From an uncultured Nitrospirales bacterium (GTDB lineage Bacteria; Hydrogenedentota; Hydrogenedentia; Hydrogenedentales; GCA-2746185), in contig CAYPNI010000003.1 of the NCBI GenBank assembly GCA_964411925.1, forward strand, positions 2,175 to 66,174: DNA of 64,000 bases. The letters are read 5' to 3'. The translations under genes were made by a program, and so were the position numbers. Shown piece by piece: positions 9,312 through 19,159 of the stretch (positions are counted from its first letter, which is position 1; each line of letters opens with the position of its first letter). The notes under the pieces are model-generated. The model saw only the letters and a program-made list of their open reading frames with translations. It ran no database searches and was not told the DNA's origin.

Positions 9312-12077
9312 TTAGTCCGCGCGAAAGCGATTTTTGTTGATTCGCAAAGAACGAATCTTCGAGTCGAGCGTGGAGGGCGGCATGCCGAGCTTTGCCGCGG
9401 CGCCACGCGGGCCCGCGACGCGGCCCTTCGAATCGGCCAGCGCCTTTTCGATCAGTTGCTTCTGATGATCGGCAACCTTCGTGGAAAGCTTGCGGCTGGC
9501 CGCTCCAGGCAGCGGTGGCTGTTGTGACAGCCAGCTCGCGTCCACGGTGAACTCCTCCGTGTCGCAAACAATCACGGACCTCTCGATCACGTTCTGCAAT
9601 TCGCGAATATTGCCCGGCCAGGGGTACGAGGTGAGCAGCTCCAGCGTCTTCAGGCTGATGCCGCGAAACCGCTTGCCCGCCCGTGCGGCGTACCGGCCTA
9701 CGAAGTACTCCACAAGCAAGGGAATGTCATCCGCGCGATCGGACAACGCGGGAAGATCGATCGGAAAGACGTTCAGCCGGTAGAACAAATCGCTGCGAAA
9801 CTTCCCGCCCACAATCAGGGCCTGCAGATCCCGGTTCGTCGCGGCAATGATGCGCACGTCGATGCGAATTGGGTCGTTTCCGCCGACGCGCTCGAACTCT
9901 CGCTCCTGGAGCACGCGCAACAGCAGAACCTGGGTTTCGATCGGCAACTCGCCCACTTCGTCAAGGAAAAGCGTTCCGCCTTCCGCAAGTTCGAACCGAC
10001 CCAGCCGCCGCTGTACGGCACCCGTGAACGCGCCTTTTTCATGACCGAACAACTCGGAAACGACGAGTGAAGGCGGAAAAGCAGCGCAGTTCACCGTCAC
10101 GAAGGCGCGCCCCGCGCGGTTCGAACGCTTGTGAATCGCGCGGGCGACCAGTTCTTTTCCCGTGCCGGTCTCGCCCGTAATCAGCACGGTCGAATCGGTC
10201 CGCGCGACCTGATCGACCCGCGCCAGTACAGCGCGAAGCGAAGGCGATATGCCCACGATTTCCTCAAACATGTGCTTGGCGTCGAGTTCCTCGCGAAGCG
10301 CCACGTTTTCACTGCGGATGCGTTCTTCTTCCTGCTTTCGCTCGTCGATGTCCACCCCCGAGACATACCACCGAAGCACGCCGCCCTGCTCGTCAAGCAT
10401 CGGCTTGAAGTGGTTCAAATACCACCGGTATCGGCCATCCGCCATCTGCATCCGGTACTCGGACTCGAACGAGAAGGGTTGAGTAATCGCGCGGTTCACG
10501 TGGTCCCGCACGGCGGCGCGATCTTCCGGGTGCATCCGATCGATCAGCGCGCCCGACATCACCTCCTCGTTCGTCAGACCGAACAGCCGCAGCACGGACT
10601 CGTTGGCATATTGCACGTCGCCGGAGATCGAGATGACACTGATCGGATAGGGAATTGCATCGACGATTTCGCGCGATTCGCGCTCGTTCCGCCTGATCCG
10701 CTCCTCTGCATGGACCCGCTCCGTCACGTCCATGACCACGCCGTAGTACTCGCTGAGCTCGCCGGTCTCGGTGGTTCGCGCGCGCAGGAACACACGGATG
10801 TGTTTGATGGCGCCGCTCGGGAATAGAAGCCGGTACTCAATCGAAAAATCGAGTCCGTCACGGGAGCCCCTGGAAAGGAGGTCATCCCACATCGTCCGAT
10901 CTTCAGGATGGATACGCCCGCGGACGAGTTCGAGCGTCGGCGTTGCCGTTTCTTCCACTTCGTATATCCGATACATTTCAGCGGACCACCACAGATTGTC
11001 GCTGTCCGGCCGCCAGGAGAAGCTGCCCGTAAGGCTCAGCCGCTGCCCCTCGGCCAGGTGTGCCTCGCTCCGGGATAGCGCCTCGCGCGCACGCGTACGC
11101 TCGATCGATATGGTCGCCAGGTGGGTGATCTGATCGATGAGTGCGTGATCGTCCGCCGACGGCGAACGGGGCTCGCGCGAATGAATGGCGAACGTCCCCA
11201 GCACCGTACCGTCAGCCGAAATAATCGGAGACGACCAGCACGCGCGCAGACCACTGGCCAGCGCGACCGCGCGAAACCCCGCCCAGTGAGGATCGTTCGC
11301 TATGTCCGCGGAGATGACTTGTTCGCGACGGTGGACCGCAGCGCCACAGGAGCCCAGCGTCGGATCCGCCGGGGCGCCGTCCACCGCCAACTTGTACGTA
11401 TCCGGTAGCGACGGAGCAGCGCCAATCGACAACCGATTCGAGATCGGATCCAGAATCAGAATCGACGCTATCGAACACGTCGAGAATTCCTCCACGACGC
11501 GGCACAGAGCGTCGAGCACGGAGGTGAGCGGATAGCCCTTGCCGATCATGCCGAGGATCTGGTTTTCCGCGTCGAGCAACGCTTCGGACCGCCGCCGGTC
11601 TTGAATGTCGATGCCCGTGCCATACCACTTCGCAGGGGCACCGTTGCTGGAGAGGTCCGGTTTCGCCTGGAACAAAAACCAGCGGTACTCGCCATCCGCG
11701 CGCTTCACCCGCGCTTCGAGCTGGCCGGGCCGCGGCGAAGCCTCCAGCGTGCGCCACGTGTCCACTAGCGATCGCACGTCGTCGGCATGAATCAGGTTGG
11801 ACGAAATCCAGCCCCAGTCCCGGATTTCCCCCGTCGGCAGACCCGTGTAGTCAGCCCAGGCTTGATTCAGAAACTCGATCGACCCGTCCGGCGTCGAACT
11901 CCAAACCAGACCGGGAGCGATATCCACCACGAACCGCGACAGGACATCATTCGCGGAAGTCGTCGGGAGCGAAGAAATCGGCACGGGAGTCTCGTCCATG
12001 CGCCCTCCGACGCGGAATAGACTAGCCGTGCATTCTAGTTCAGAATCGGCCATACCCTCAACAGACCGCCGGTTCAT
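9312..12077 (-). CDS. Sigma-54-dependent transcriptional activator (bEBP) with PAS-GAF-PAS-PAS sensor region, AAA+ domain and C-terminal HTH; no receiver domain
   Basis: 921 aa. GETGTGKE Walker A, GAFTGA loop (EKGAFTGA), RADDIPLLVEYF, WPGNIRELQNVIER, and a C-terminal Fis-type HTH (AAKLGMPPSTLDSKIRSL). Confidence 0.92.
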   Translation of the reverse strand: MNRRSVEGMADSELECTASLFRVGGRMDETPVPISSLPTTSANDVLSRFVVDIAPGLVWSSTPDGSIEFLNQAWADYTGLPTGEIRDWGWISSNLIHADDVRSLVDTWRTLEASPRPGQLEARVKRADGEYRWFLFQAKPDLSSNGAPAKWYGTGIDIQDRRRSEALLDAENQILGMIGKGYPLTSVLDALCRVVEEFSTCSIASILILDPISNRLSIGAAPSLPDTYKLAVDGAPADPTLGSCGAAVHRREQVISADIANDPHWAGFRAVALASGLRACWSSPIISADGTVLGTFAIHSREPRSPSADDHALIDQITHLATISIERTRAREALSRSEAHLAEGQRLSLTGSFSWRPDSDNLWWSAEMYRIYEVEETATPTLELVRGRIHPEDRTMWDDLLSRGSRDGLDFSIEYRLLFPSGAIKHIRVFLRARTTETGELSEYYGVVMDVTERVHAEERIRRNERESREIVDAIPYPISVISISGDVQYANESVLRLFGLTNEEVMSGALIDRMHPEDRAAVRDHVNRAITQPFSFESEYRMQMADGRYRWYLNHFKPMLDEQGGVLRWYVSGVDIDERKQEEERIRSENVALREELDAKHMFEEIVGISPSLRAVLARVDQVARTDSTVLITGETGTGKELVARAIHKRSNRAGRAFVTVNCAAFPPSLVVSELFGHEKGAFTGAVQRRLGRFELAEGGTLFLDEVGELPIETQVLLLRVLQEREFERVGGNDPIRIDVRIIAATNRDLQALIVGGKFRSDLFYRLNVFPIDLPALSDRADDIPLLVEYFVGRYAARAGKRFRGISLKTLELLTSYPWPGNIRELQNVIERSVIVCDTEEFTVDASWLSQQPPLPGAASRKLSTKVADHQKQLIEKALADSKGRVAGPRGAAAKLGMPPSTLDSKIRSLRINKNRFRAD

Positions 12078-12253
12078 TCGATCGACAGCAGCAGCAGTCT
12101 GCTCACGTAACGGCGTCCTCCAATCCGGCGGGAAATCGATTGATTAACCTGTGAGCATCATCGGAATCGCGCGACGCCGAATACTCGGACGATCTCTCAA
12201 TGGCGAATTGATCGTGTTTGAACCGTCGCGTTTCGAGCTCACCTGAGGGAAAA

Positions 12254-12412
12254 ATGACCTCCGCGGAATGCACTCCGATGCGCTGGAAGCCCTGCCGGAT
12301 GACTATCGGTAAACCGTCGATATCAGGGGAAAATCAGCGTGAGTGTTGCAATTCTGGATGCTGCGGATTAGACTGCAACGCAACGAGTTACGAGTCGTCG
12401 CGCGGTCGGTGA
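12254..12412 (+). CDS. Speculative Cys-rich small ORF (52 aa from internal ATG)
   Basis: MTSAECTPMRWKPC...QRECCNSGCCGLDCNATSY has 7 Cys. GAGGG lies 4 nt before the ATG. By hand count only about 61% of codons end in G/C, well below the 80-90% estimated by eye for neighbouring genes, so coding status is doubtful. Confidence 0.15.
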   Translation: MTSAECTPMRWKPCRMTIGKPSISGENQRECCNSGCCGLDCNATSYESSRGR

Positions 12413-12503
12413 GAAACGCCCGGGACTGTTTCGGGACGAAGAGGCCGCTGGTCCAAGTTCTCTCACTCCGTCCAGTTATTCCTCTATACTATCCCCCGAT
12501 CAC

Positions 12504-13517
12504 ATGAAGCACGTTGTCGTCACCCCGGAACTGCATGAGGCGGAGATTCGTCCGCCGGCGTTGCTGTCCGAGTTCAAGCGCCTCTCGGTGAAGGACGCGA
12601 AGCAATTTTTCGGCGATGCGTCGGCGCTGGTCGAAGTGGCCAATCCCGCGACGGACTCGCGGGACAGCAGCTTCGCGTTCGAGAAGGACGGCTTCCGCTA
12701 CAACCTCGCGCACGATTGCGGGAGTGTGTTTGTCTCGCCGCGCCCGACGAAGGCCGCGCTCGCGGAGTATTACCGCAAATCGGCGGCGAGCGCGTATCGC
12801 GTGCAGCATTTTGCCAAGGCGACGCAGGAGGCGCGGCGATCGCGTCTGCTTCGATCGCACGCGAACTGGATGGGCCGGCTGTTCGACGAACACGGCACTA
12901 GCCGGTCGCGCGCATACGTGGACATCGGCACGAACTCGCCGGCGATCTTTGACGAGGTGGCCCGTCTCGATCTCTTCACGAAACTCTACAGTCTCAATCC
13001 ATTGCCGGGATTGGAGGACGAATTCCGCGCGCGCGGCGTCGAGATTCTGAGCGAACCGATCGAGAACGCGGGCGCGGTTACCGCGTTCCAGCAGCTCGAG
13101 AATCAGTTTTCTCCGCTCGAGTTGGTGCGGACGGCGTCGCAGATGCTCGAACCTGGAGGGATGTTCTTCCTGACGACGCGGACGATCAGCGGGTTCGACC
13201 TCCAGGTCTTGTGGGACAAGACGCCATACATTTTTGTGCCGGAGCATCTGAACCTGTTGTCGATTGAAGGCATCACGCGCCTCATCGAGCGCGGGGGGCT
13301 GCATACGGTCGAGCTCAGCACGCCGGGACAGATCGACATTGAGCTGGTCGTGCACGCGGCGCGCAATGATTCGACGATCCAGTTGCCCCGGTTCGTTCGA
13401 TACCTGCTCGAGGAACGCGGCACGCTGGCGCACAGCGATTTCCAGGAGTATTTGCAGAAGCACCGGCTGAGTTCGCACGCGCGGGTTGCTGCGTCGCGCA
13501 GGGAGCCGGCGTCATGA
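12504..13517 (+). CDS. Class I SAM-dependent methyltransferase
   Basis: 337 aa. YVDIGTNSP (motif I-like), LEPGGMFFLTT (post-II/III) and an N-terminal domain resemble Methyltransf_23/C-methyltransferase-type enzymes. TATACT -10-like box just upstream. Confidence 0.7.
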   Translation: MKHVVVTPELHEAEIRPPALLSEFKRLSVKDAKQFFGDASALVEVANPATDSRDSSFAFEKDGFRYNLAHDCGSVFVSPRPTKAALAEYYRKSAASAYRVQHFAKATQEARRSRLLRSHANWMGRLFDEHGTSRSRAYVDIGTNSPAIFDEVARLDLFTKLYSLNPLPGLEDEFRARGVEILSEPIENAGAVTAFQQLENQFSPLELVRTASQMLEPGGMFFLTTRTISGFDLQVLWDKTPYIFVPEHLNLLSIEGITRLIERGGLHTVELSTPGQIDIELVVHAARNDSTIQLPRFVRYLLEERGTLAHSDFQEYLQKHRLSSHARVAASRREPAS

Positions 13518-14572
13518 GCGACTCGATGACGTGCGGCATCATCGGGCTGGGCAAGATGGGCGCGATTCGGTTTCGCGAGTTGCTGCGGCACAAGTCAACG
13601 ACGGTGACGCACGGCGCGGATCCGAACACGGAGTTGTTCCGCGAATACCCGGGCGTCAAGTGTTCGACGGACTGGCGCGACGTCATCGCGTCGGACGTGG
13701 ACGCGGTGTTTGTCGCGACGCCGAACTCGATTACGCCGGTGGCGATCATCGAGGCGCTACAGGCGGGCAAGCACGTTTTCAGCGAGAAGCCGCCGGGGCG
13801 GACCGTGCAAGACATCGAGGAAATCATCCGCGTCGAGCGGCAACACCCGGAACTCAAGCTGAAATTCGGATTCAACCACCGTTATCACGCGGGGATCATG
13901 GAGGCCAAGCGCATCATCGAGGGTGGGCGGCTCGGGCATCTGCTGTGGATGCGTGGCATCTACGGCAAGGCGGGGGGGCATGGATTCGAGCAGGTGTGGC
14001 GCAGTCGCAAGGAAACGGCGGGCGGCGGGATTCTGCTCGATCAGGGCATCCACATGCTCGACCTGTTTCGATACTTCTGCGGCGACTTCATCGAAGTGAA
14101 GGGCATGGTGGGCACGTCGTATTGGCCGATCGAGGTCGAGGACAACGCGTTTGCGCTGTTGCGAGACGCTGAAGGGCGCGTGGCGATGCTGCACAGTTCG
14201 AGCACGCAGTGGAAGCACCGGTTCAATCTCGAGTTGTATCTCTCGCAGGGTTACTTGTCGGTGAACGGCATCCTCTCCTCGTCGCGCAGCTACGGCGACG
14301 AAACGATTACCGTCGCACGGAACCGGTTTGACGAGGGGTTCGCCGTCGGCAAGCCGACGGAGGAGGTCGTGTACTTCGACAATGACCCGTCGTGGGAATT
14401 GGAGATTAACGACTTCGTGGAGAGCTGCCTGACGGGCAAGGCGGTGGCCTGCGGCACGTCGGACGACGCGTATCGCGTGATGAAGCTCGTTTTCGCGATC
14501 TACGAGAGCGACGAGTCGTTCATCGCGACGGGGAATCGGTTCTTCCACAACAACCCATCGGCTCCCCGCTAG
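13514..14572 (+). CDS. Gfo/Idh/MocA-family NAD(P)-dependent oxidoreductase
   Basis: 352 aa. CGIIGLGKMG Rossmann motif, and an EKP motif (VFSEKPPG) typical of the family. ATGA overlap with the methyltransferase stop. Confidence 0.88.
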   Translation: MSDSMTCGIIGLGKMGAIRFRELLRHKSTTVTHGADPNTELFREYPGVKCSTDWRDVIASDVDAVFVATPNSITPVAIIEALQAGKHVFSEKPPGRTVQDIEEIIRVERQHPELKLKFGFNHRYHAGIMEAKRIIEGGRLGHLLWMRGIYGKAGGHGFEQVWRSRKETAGGGILLDQGIHMLDLFRYFCGDFIEVKGMVGTSYWPIEVEDNAFALLRDAEGRVAMLHSSSTQWKHRFNLELYLSQGYLSVNGILSSSRSYGDETITVARNRFDEGFAVGKPTEEVVYFDNDPSWELEINDFVESCLTGKAVACGTSDDAYRVMKLVFAIYESDESFIATGNRFFHNNPSAPR

Positions 14573-14582
14573 GGCTCGCCCG

Positions 14583-15428
14583 GTGGATGCAGGCGCCTTC
14601 CGCGTTCATCGGATCGCCGTCCCGCTGACCGGGATTCTGCTCGCCGCCTTCGTCTCGGCGACGTGGCTGTATTCGCAATTCGGCCACCAATTGGTCCTGG
14701 GCGTGTTCGAGGCCAACCAGGTCCATCGTTTCGAACGGCTCGAGGGCGAGTGGGCCGAGAAACAGCTTCGCGACTACTTGCGAATCGACCCTTCTTCGAC
14801 CCGGGTGCGCGGCCTGTTGATCGACGCCATGATTGCGCGCGGGGACACGGGCGGGGCGATGGACGTTGCGGCGGAAGGGCTTGCCGGTGGCGCAGACGAG
14901 GCGGACGCCGGAGCGCAGCTGCTTCTTGTGCGCGCGCGCATCGCGGACGGAAAACTTCGTGAGGCCGCCGATTCCCTGGCATCCGTAGTCGCACGCCTGC
15001 CGCGTTCCGCGGACGCACACTACTATCTCGCTCAACTGGCGGCTGCTCGCGGCGATTTCGCGGCGATGCGCGCGGAGTTTGAAGAGGTCGCCGAAGCAGG
15101 GACGCGGGATTCGAGCGATTACTTTGCCGCGAAACAACGGGAGGCGCGAAAGACGCTCAGGCCGCTGGACTCGGCCGTGCTCACTCGAACAGACGAAAGT
15201 TCGATCGACTTTGTGCGGGCGCTTCTGGTCCTGGGACGAGTTGACCATGCATTGCGTATAGCGGCGGAGATACAGGAATTTGGCGACGCGGCCGACGTGA
15301 GGTTCTGGAGGGGCGTGCGCGAGGAGGAACTGGGCGAGCGGGAGAACGCCGTTCAGTCCTACTCGATCGCGGCGAACCAGCACAATGCGCTCGCCGCGGC
15401 CGCGCTGGGGCGTTTACAGGGCGGCTGA
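14583..15428 (+). CDS. Membrane-anchored TPR-like repeat protein
   Basis: 281 aa, GTG start, one N-terminal TM helix (LTGILLAAFVSATWLY). Ala/Leu-rich helical repeats (AHYYLAQLAAARGDFAAM, ENAVQSYSIAANQ). Confidence 0.6.
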   Translation: MDAGAFRVHRIAVPLTGILLAAFVSATWLYSQFGHQLVLGVFEANQVHRFERLEGEWAEKQLRDYLRIDPSSTRVRGLLIDAMIARGDTGGAMDVAAEGLAGGADEADAGAQLLLVRARIADGKLREAADSLASVVARLPRSADAHYYLAQLAAARGDFAAMRAEFEEVAEAGTRDSSDYFAAKQREARKTLRPLDSAVLTRTDESSIDFVRALLVLGRVDHALRIAAEIQEFGDAADVRFWRGVREEELGERENAVQSYSIAANQHNALAAAALGRLQGG

Positions 15429-15429
15429 G

Positions 15430-16533
15430 TTACTGGCCCTGAGTGATTAAGCCGGCGACAGCCGCGGCGATCTTGAGATAGCCGTCCGCATTGGGGTGCC
15501 GGGCGTCGCGATACATCTCGGTTTCGCCGGCGAACAACTCCGTGAAATCGTAAACGTAGTCGAGCGATTCGCTTCGTGCCTTCGCGGACTCGTAGAACCC
15601 GTTCAGTTTTTCCAGGTACTGTCCGCCGAAGAGGCGCGTCGCGTCGTCGAAGAGCTCCGCCTCGCGCGTGCTCGGCGAATAATCGCCGATACCCAGGACG
15701 GGTTGCAGTACGCAAATCAGGCGAGCGCCATCGGCCGAGGCGCAGGCGTTCATCATCCGCACGTTGCGCTCCCATTGTTCGGCGTCGGTCTGGTCGCCGG
15801 GCGGCCCGTAATTCACGCCGGAGACGCGGTAGTAGGCCGGCGATCGCGCCGCACGCCAGCGTTGCCACGCGCGGAACAGATTGGGCATGACGATGGGCGA
15901 CCGTTCGCCGCGCAGCTCGCGGAGCATGCGTTCCTGGTACGGATGGACCATGGGATGGCGGGGTACGGCGTGCACGTAACCGGCATCGTTCACGCCATCG
16001 AGCGTCACGACGACGTCCGGCGCGAGCGGAAGCACGTCGCGGATGAGTTTGAACAATTCCTGACTGGATGAGAATCCGGAGACGCCGCCGTTAAACACGA
16101 CACTTTCGACACCGCGGTCAGCCAACAGTTGGTGCAGCCGCTCCGGCCAGTTATTCGGGTCGGTCGGGTCCGTCGTCGATCCGCCAAGGGTGACGATGCG
16201 CAGCGCGGATTCGCTCGCCGGGTCGCCGTAGATTACGAATCCCGGTAGATAGGAGTCGCCGAGTTTGGCGAGGACGTCGTATTCGCGCTCGTAGCCCAGA
16301 TGGGGGTCCAGTAGAGACACCGTTTGCGTCCCCCCTTCCTGCCGGACGGCGCCCCGGGCGCGCAGCAATTCCTTATAGTCGAAGAGGACCGGCCAGACGC
16401 CTTCGCCCGCGGCGCGGTTCATGAACGCGGAGACGCCTTCGACGGCGACGATCAGGCCGAGTGTGACCACGAGCGTCGGGAGGACGAGCAGCCACGACCT
16501 CCGCGGTCGCGGTGTCTGGTGAGGTTCATTCAA
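15430..16533 (-). CDS. Membrane-anchored SGNH/GDSL-family hydrolase
   Basis: LGGSTTD block I, FNGGVSGFSS block II, TLDGVNDAG block III, and DARHPNADGY (the family's DxxH-type block V). The listed ORF start (16719) overlaps the upstream gene. I chose TTG 16533 just before the TM segment, so the start is uncertain. Confidence 0.75.
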   Translation of the reverse strand: MNEPHQTPRPRRSWLLVLPTLVVTLGLIVAVEGVSAFMNRAAGEGVWPVLFDYKELLRARGAVRQEGGTQTVSLLDPHLGYEREYDVLAKLGDSYLPGFVIYGDPASESALRIVTLGGSTTDPTDPNNWPERLHQLLADRGVESVVFNGGVSGFSSSQELFKLIRDVLPLAPDVVVTLDGVNDAGYVHAVPRHPMVHPYQERMLRELRGERSPIVMPNLFRAWQRWRAARSPAYYRVSGVNYGPPGDQTDAEQWERNVRMMNACASADGARLICVLQPVLGIGDYSPSTREAELFDDATRLFGGQYLEKLNGFYESAKARSESLDYVYDFTELFAGETEMYRDARHPNADGYLKIAAAVAGLITQGQ

Positions 16534-16621
16534 CGCCGGCTCTCCACAAACGCGCGTGAGTATAGCGCAAACCTTTGCGGCTTCATTTGCGATGCGGGGG
16601 CGGCGGATCCGTTCGGCGGAA

Positions 16622-17203
16622 TTATCGCGCCGCGGGTTCGCAGGCGGGCTTCGCGTCGGTGCCGAGGTGAACGCCCTGGAACGCGCGCCGGATTTGTTCG
16701 AGTGCGACGTCTCGCGCAAAATTCAATTCTTCGGAAAGCTGTTCGCGCGAGCCGGCGTCCTGCCCGTAATGCGCCTGGGCCTCGGCGACCGATTTATCGA
16801 GCCGGCGAAACGCCTCGGTGATCCGGGTGATGCGCACTTCGAGCCGGCGCGTGTGTTTCATGGCGTCGTTGTATGCCACCAGACTCGCGACCGCCTTGTC
16901 GTATCGCTTCACGAGAGATTCGTTCTCGCGGCGGAACATGCCGATCGCTTCGTCCGTGCGTTCCGCCTCGTCCTGAACGGAATGGACTCGCGACTGCAGC
17001 ATCCTGCACTGGTCCTCGAGATCGATCACGCGGGTCTTGTACTGTTCGATGGTCTCGGCCATGACAGCGTTTTTCTCGCGCGCGCCGCGCACCGCGTCGA
17101 GCGCATCGTCGAGGACCTGTTGCATATACGCCCACGACGCCGTGACGGATGCGTTGTCCGTCGCTTGAAGATCGCACGTGGTCTCGTCGTTGACAGAATT
17201 CAT
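16622..17203 (-). CDS. Coiled-coil hypothetical protein
   Basis: 193 aa, heptad-rich (IEQYKTRVIDLEDQCRMLQSRVHSVQDE). A perfect TATAAT lies on the minus strand at 17253-17248. I recognise no family. Confidence 0.55.
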   Translation of the reverse strand: MNSVNDETTCDLQATDNASVTASWAYMQQVLDDALDAVRGAREKNAVMAETIEQYKTRVIDLEDQCRMLQSRVHSVQDEAERTDEAIGMFRRENESLVKRYDKAVASLVAYNDAMKHTRRLEVRITRITEAFRRLDKSVAEAQAHYGQDAGSREQLSEELNFARDVALEQIRRAFQGVHLGTDAKPACEPAAR

Positions 17204-17368
17204 GCCATCGCTCGCGCGTCAGGGGTGAACGATCCAGCCACCCGGACATTATAGACGGCGGCGGCGCGTCGATGGCATGGAAAAGCGATTCTGCTGCGCG
17301 GCGCGGGCCTGGCAACTCGGAGTTCGATTCACCAATCGGTTACACGACTCTGCGCGTTCGCGGAGCAG

Positions 17369-19159
17369 TCAGGCGAGACGGGCCGCGACCGACTCGGGAA
17401 CGGCGATCGGAATATCGAGCAGAATCTGGGCGTAGGCCTTTCCTTGCGGGTCGTTGCGGAGCGAGGCGATGCCGCCGCCGCCGAGCGACTCATGTAACAG
17501 GAAGTTAACACCGTGGATGCCCGGCAAGTCGTAGCGCTCGACGTCGCCGGTCATCAGGTACGCGAAGTGATCGCGCACGCGCGCGGGGGTGAGTTCGCGA
17601 CGGATGATCCCGTAGTACTCGGGTTTGCGGGCGATGATTCCGATGTTCGAGTCGTTGCCCTTGTCGCCGCTGCGGCCGTGGGCGATTTTCACGAGCGGCA
17701 CTTCGACCGTCTTTCCGGCCGGCGTCGGTTCGAGCGCGATTGACGGACGCTGGACACGCGACGCATCGAATCGCTCGCCTTTCGAGAACGGCCGCGGCGT
17801 GCGTTCGTCGTTCATCACGATCTCGGGTGTCACCGTCGCGCGGTCGACGGTGCATGAGAACAGCCGTACAACCGGGGATGGCTTCGCGCGGTTGCCACCC
17901 ATGCCCGAAGTGCCGGGCGACATGGACGTGCCCGAGGAGGTGAGCTCGCGCAGCAGCAAGCCCAACGCATCCTGCACGGGATGCTTCGCGGCGAGCTTGA
18001 GTATCACTTCGCGCGGTCTTGCGACGCGCGCGTGCGGCCCGTAACCGGCTTCGGTTCCGACAATCTCGATGCTGACCTCGGAAAAATCCGGCGCGCCCAT
18101 CTTCTTCAGGATACCGCGCGTGCGTTTCAGCACGGCGTCGGCGGTCTTCTGCGCCTTGCCCGCGGCATCGATGCCCCGAATGGACAGATATGTCCCGAGA
18201 CGGAAACCGTCGGCATAGGTCGCGGAGACTTTCAAGGTGTCGGTGGGCGGGAGTCCCCTGGCGCCGGAAACCCGCGCGCGGTTCTCCCCCACGTCCTCGA
18301 TGGATACGCCCGCGAAATCGCAGACGACATCCGGCAGGATGTATGCCTGCGGATCGCCGATTTCGTAGACGAGTTGCTCGGCGACAGTCTGGCGGCTGAC
18401 GAGGCCGCCGGTATTGTCCGGCTTGGAGATCGTGAATGACCCGTCCTGCTCGACCTCCGCGATGGGATAGCCGATGTTCGACCAATCGCCGGTCGTGTCC
18501 CAGTCGGTGAACAGGCCGCCCGTCGCCTGCGCGCCGCACTCGATGATGTGGCCCGCGAGGCTGCCCTGCGCGAGCTGGTCGTAGTCGGTCTCCTTCCAGC
18601 CGAACTCGTAGATGCACGGCCCGAGCGTGACCGCGCTGTCCACCACGCGGCCGGTGACGACGATGTCTGCGCCTTTGGCCAGCGCTTCCGCGATTGGGAA
18701 CCCGCCGAGGTAGGCGTTCATGCTCATGAATCTCGAAGGCATCGGCGCGCCGGAGAACATCTCGCGCGTGCCCGCGGCGCGCAGCTCATCTACACGGCCC
18801 ATGAGGTCGTCGCCGACGACCGTCGCGACTTTGAGACCGAGTCCGAGTTCCTTGACCAGCGCCTCGATCGCCTTGCCGCAGGCGATCGGGTTAACGCCGC
18901 CCGCGTTTGAGATGACTTTTACCTTCTGCCGCGCGAGTTCGGGCAGTGCGTTTTTCAGGACCTGCGATACAAAGTCGTGCGCGTAGCCCTGGTCGGGCTC
19001 CTTCGCGCGCGCGCGCGCCATGATGGACATTGTGATCTCGGCGAGGTAATCGAAGACGAGATAGTCCAGCTTGCCCGACGCGAGCAATTGCGGTGTCGAG
19101 ATCGTTGTGTCGCCCCAGAACCCGGATGCGCCGCCGATGTTGATCGTTTTGTTTGGCAT
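17369..19159 (-). CDS. atuA: AtuA-family (DUF1446) acyclic terpene utilisation protein, full length
   Basis: 596 aa. Opens INIGGASGFWGD with DYLVFDYLAE. C-terminal HGRSGDKGNDSNIG segment. 1-nt TAATG overlap with the upstream carboxylase alpha gene. Confidence 0.85.
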   Translation of the reverse strand: MPNKTINIGGASGFWGDTTISTPQLLASGKLDYLVFDYLAEITMSIMARARAKEPDQGYAHDFVSQVLKNALPELARQKVKVISNAGGVNPIACGKAIEALVKELGLGLKVATVVGDDLMGRVDELRAAGTREMFSGAPMPSRFMSMNAYLGGFPIAEALAKGADIVVTGRVVDSAVTLGPCIYEFGWKETDYDQLAQGSLAGHIIECGAQATGGLFTDWDTTGDWSNIGYPIAEVEQDGSFTISKPDNTGGLVSRQTVAEQLVYEIGDPQAYILPDVVCDFAGVSIEDVGENRARVSGARGLPPTDTLKVSATYADGFRLGTYLSIRGIDAAGKAQKTADAVLKRTRGILKKMGAPDFSEVSIEIVGTEAGYGPHARVARPREVILKLAAKHPVQDALGLLLRELTSSGTSMSPGTSGMGGNRAKPSPVVRLFSCTVDRATVTPEIVMNDERTPRPFSKGERFDASRVQRPSIALEPTPAGKTVEVPLVKIAHGRSGDKGNDSNIGIIARKPEYYGIIRRELTPARVRDHFAYLMTGDVERYDLPGIHGVNFLLHESLGGGGIASLRNDPQGKAYAQILLDIPIAVPESVAARLA

